From NCBI GenBank assembly GCA_963769025.1, contig CAVYKI010000010.1, positions 192,001-256,000 of the forward strand: DNA of 64,000 bases. The letters are read 5' to 3'. The stretch comes from an uncultured Verrucomicrobiae bacterium. Its GTDB lineage: Bacteria; Verrucomicrobiota; Verrucomicrobiia; Chthoniobacterales; Chthoniobacteraceae. A program made the position numbers and the translations under genes. Position 1 is the first letter of the stretch. Every line of letters starts with the position of its first letter. A model generated the notes under the pieces. It had not been told where the DNA came from and did not search any database. It worked only from the letters and a program-made list of their open reading frames with translations. Below, one piece after another: positions 62,362-64,000 of the stretch.

Positions 62362-64000
62362 TCAGTGGTTGAACGTGAATTCGAGGCTGTTCATCAGCGA
62401 CCAAGCGAGGTCCTCGATGGCCTTGCGGCGCTGAGCGGAGCGGCTCGCGAGATGTTTTACCGCGCGCTCTTTTTCCCCCGCATCCGGGAGGCGGCTGTAG
62501 CATGCGAGCCAGAGCTCCTCCACCACGCGGCTGTCGTCGCTGAGCGTGGCGAGGTGCGCGATGCGTCCGCCTTCGTGCGAGAGTTTGTTTTGCAGGTTGG
62601 GCGAGTTCATCAGGTGCAGCGCCTGTGAAATGCTCGCGCCGGTGGAGCGCTCGCACACGCACGGCGTGGCGCGCGCAGGGCGGCCGAACAGTTTCAGGAA
62701 GTAGTGCTGCTGGTTGCTGTCCCACAGCTCAACGGCGCGCGTGCCCAACGGGACGCCGGCGAACTTTTCCGGCACGCCCGTCACATCGCACACGGCGTCG
62801 AGCAGCGCCTCGGCGGGCAGGCGGCGGAAAAGCGCGCGGGAGAAATTTTGCGAGTCGGCTTCGTTCGTCGCGTTCGGCTTTGAGGAAAGCTGGTATGTCC
62901 TCGACGTGGTGATGAGCCGGATGAGCGCCTTCGCGTCGAACTGGTAATTCACGAGGTGCTTCGTGAGCGCGTCGAGCAGCGCCGGATTGCTCGGCGGATT
63001 CGTGGCGCGCACGTCGTCCACGGGCTCGACGATGCCGCGGCCGAGGAAGTGCGCCCAGAGCCGGTTCGCCATGTTGCGCGCGAACCACGGATTCTCCGGC
63101 GCGGTCATCCACTTCGCCAGCGCGACGCGGCGGTCGCCCTCCGGCGTGGCCTCCGGCATCTCTGTCCCGAGCGGGTAGGCGAAGACGGCTTCCTTCGTGC
63201 GCGGGTGCTGGCCCTTGGGATTTCCCTGGATGACCAGCGCTTCCTCGCCGTTCGGCTTCTTGTGGCTGACCTGCTCGAAGAACGCGCGCATCCCGTGGTA
63301 GTCGCGCTGCGTCCAGCGATCGTACGGATGCTGATGGCACTCCGCACATGTGATGCGGATGCCCGAGAAACACCTGCGAGATTTCCGCCGCCATCTCGCC
63401 CGACTTTTTTGCCACTTTGTAAAAGTGACCTGCCGGCTGCTCCGCGAGCGGCCCTTCGGCGGTGAGCAATTCGCCGGCGAAAGCATCGAGCGGCTTGTTC
63501 GAGCCCACCGATTCGCGAATCCATTCGTAATACTCGTGCGCATCGCGGGCCCCGAGCGCCAGACGATCCACGCGCAGCAGATCGGACCACTTCAGCGCCC
63601 AGAATTCCGCATACTCGGGAAGCTCCAGCAGTGCATCCACGAGGCGCGCACGCTTGTCTGGCGCCGTGCCCGCGAGGAAGCGCCGCGCCTCATCCGGCGA
63701 CGGTAGCCGCCCGATCACATCGAGCGTCACGCGGCGGAGAAAGGTCGCGTCGTCGGCGAGGTCGGAAGCCTGCAGGTTCATCTTCCTCAGATTCGCCGCG
63801 ACGAGATCGTCGATGACATTGAACCGCTGGTCGGCCACCGGCGCACCATGCGGACCCGGACGCGGCACGACGGCCTGGAAAATCGCGATGCTCCCGAGGT
63901 AGCGCGCCATGATCGCCGCCTGTCCCACGGAATTCCCCGTTCGCACCGCGCCAGTTTCATCCACCTCGGCGAGCGCGGCGTTGTTGGAATGAAACACCGA
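62362..64000 (-). CDS. DUF1549/DUF1553 domain protein, 5' end outside the window, frameshift near 63363
   Basis: FLRRVTLDVIGRLP, WSDLLR, CAECHQHPYDRW, NRLWAHFLGRGIVEPVDD, CERS and EDLAWSLMNSLEF; an Ig-like segment at the window edge. Confidence 0.9.

Overview
A high-GC bacterial chromosomal segment of mostly housekeeping and envelope genes. The gene content points to a Verrucomicrobiota (probably Chthoniobacterales-like) genome, which is an inference from the DUF1501/DUF1549-1553/PPC cluster, a PVC-type CxxCH dehydrogenase, tandem DUF1080 domains and membrane-anchored prenyltransferase-repeat proteins. From left to right the window holds a MacAB-like ABC exporter, a four-gene ECF sigma module, DUF151, trmL, an atypical ClpX paralog, iscA-like, mutL, a pilMNOP-like operon without pilQ, a CAAX protease, nadE, ispA, tsaD, ctpA and kdsD. 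Next come an O-methyltransferase, an NlpC/P60 protein, uvrB, a stand-alone rplL, two tandem prenyltransferase-repeat paralogs, a UvrD/PcrA helicase, a prolyl oligopeptidase and a complete moxR-DUF58-batABCDE operon. The right end carries an SLC13/TrkA-C transporter, tRNA-Tyr(GTA), two PPIases, ygfZ, an entericidin missed by the ORF track, a LysR/pirin/wrbA/doxX cassette, tRNA-Leu(TAA) and a PVC DUF1549/DUF1501/PPC cluster. About 14 genes are broken by small indels, mostly single-base insertions, best explained as long-read consensus errors. I saw no CRISPR array, integrase, transposase or prophage. The best candidate for something undescribed is the monocistronic rplL, detached from rplJ/rpoB. 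It has its own sigma70-type promoter and terminator, and a ~160-nt leader that folds by eye into two three-way junctions and contains an 11-codon uORF. Also notable are a GTAG-REP-like palindrome found both intergenically and in-frame inside the helicase, a ClpX with a duplicated lid domain, and promoter spacing that suggests leaderless transcription. All family assignments come from motif recognition by eye; no database searches were run.
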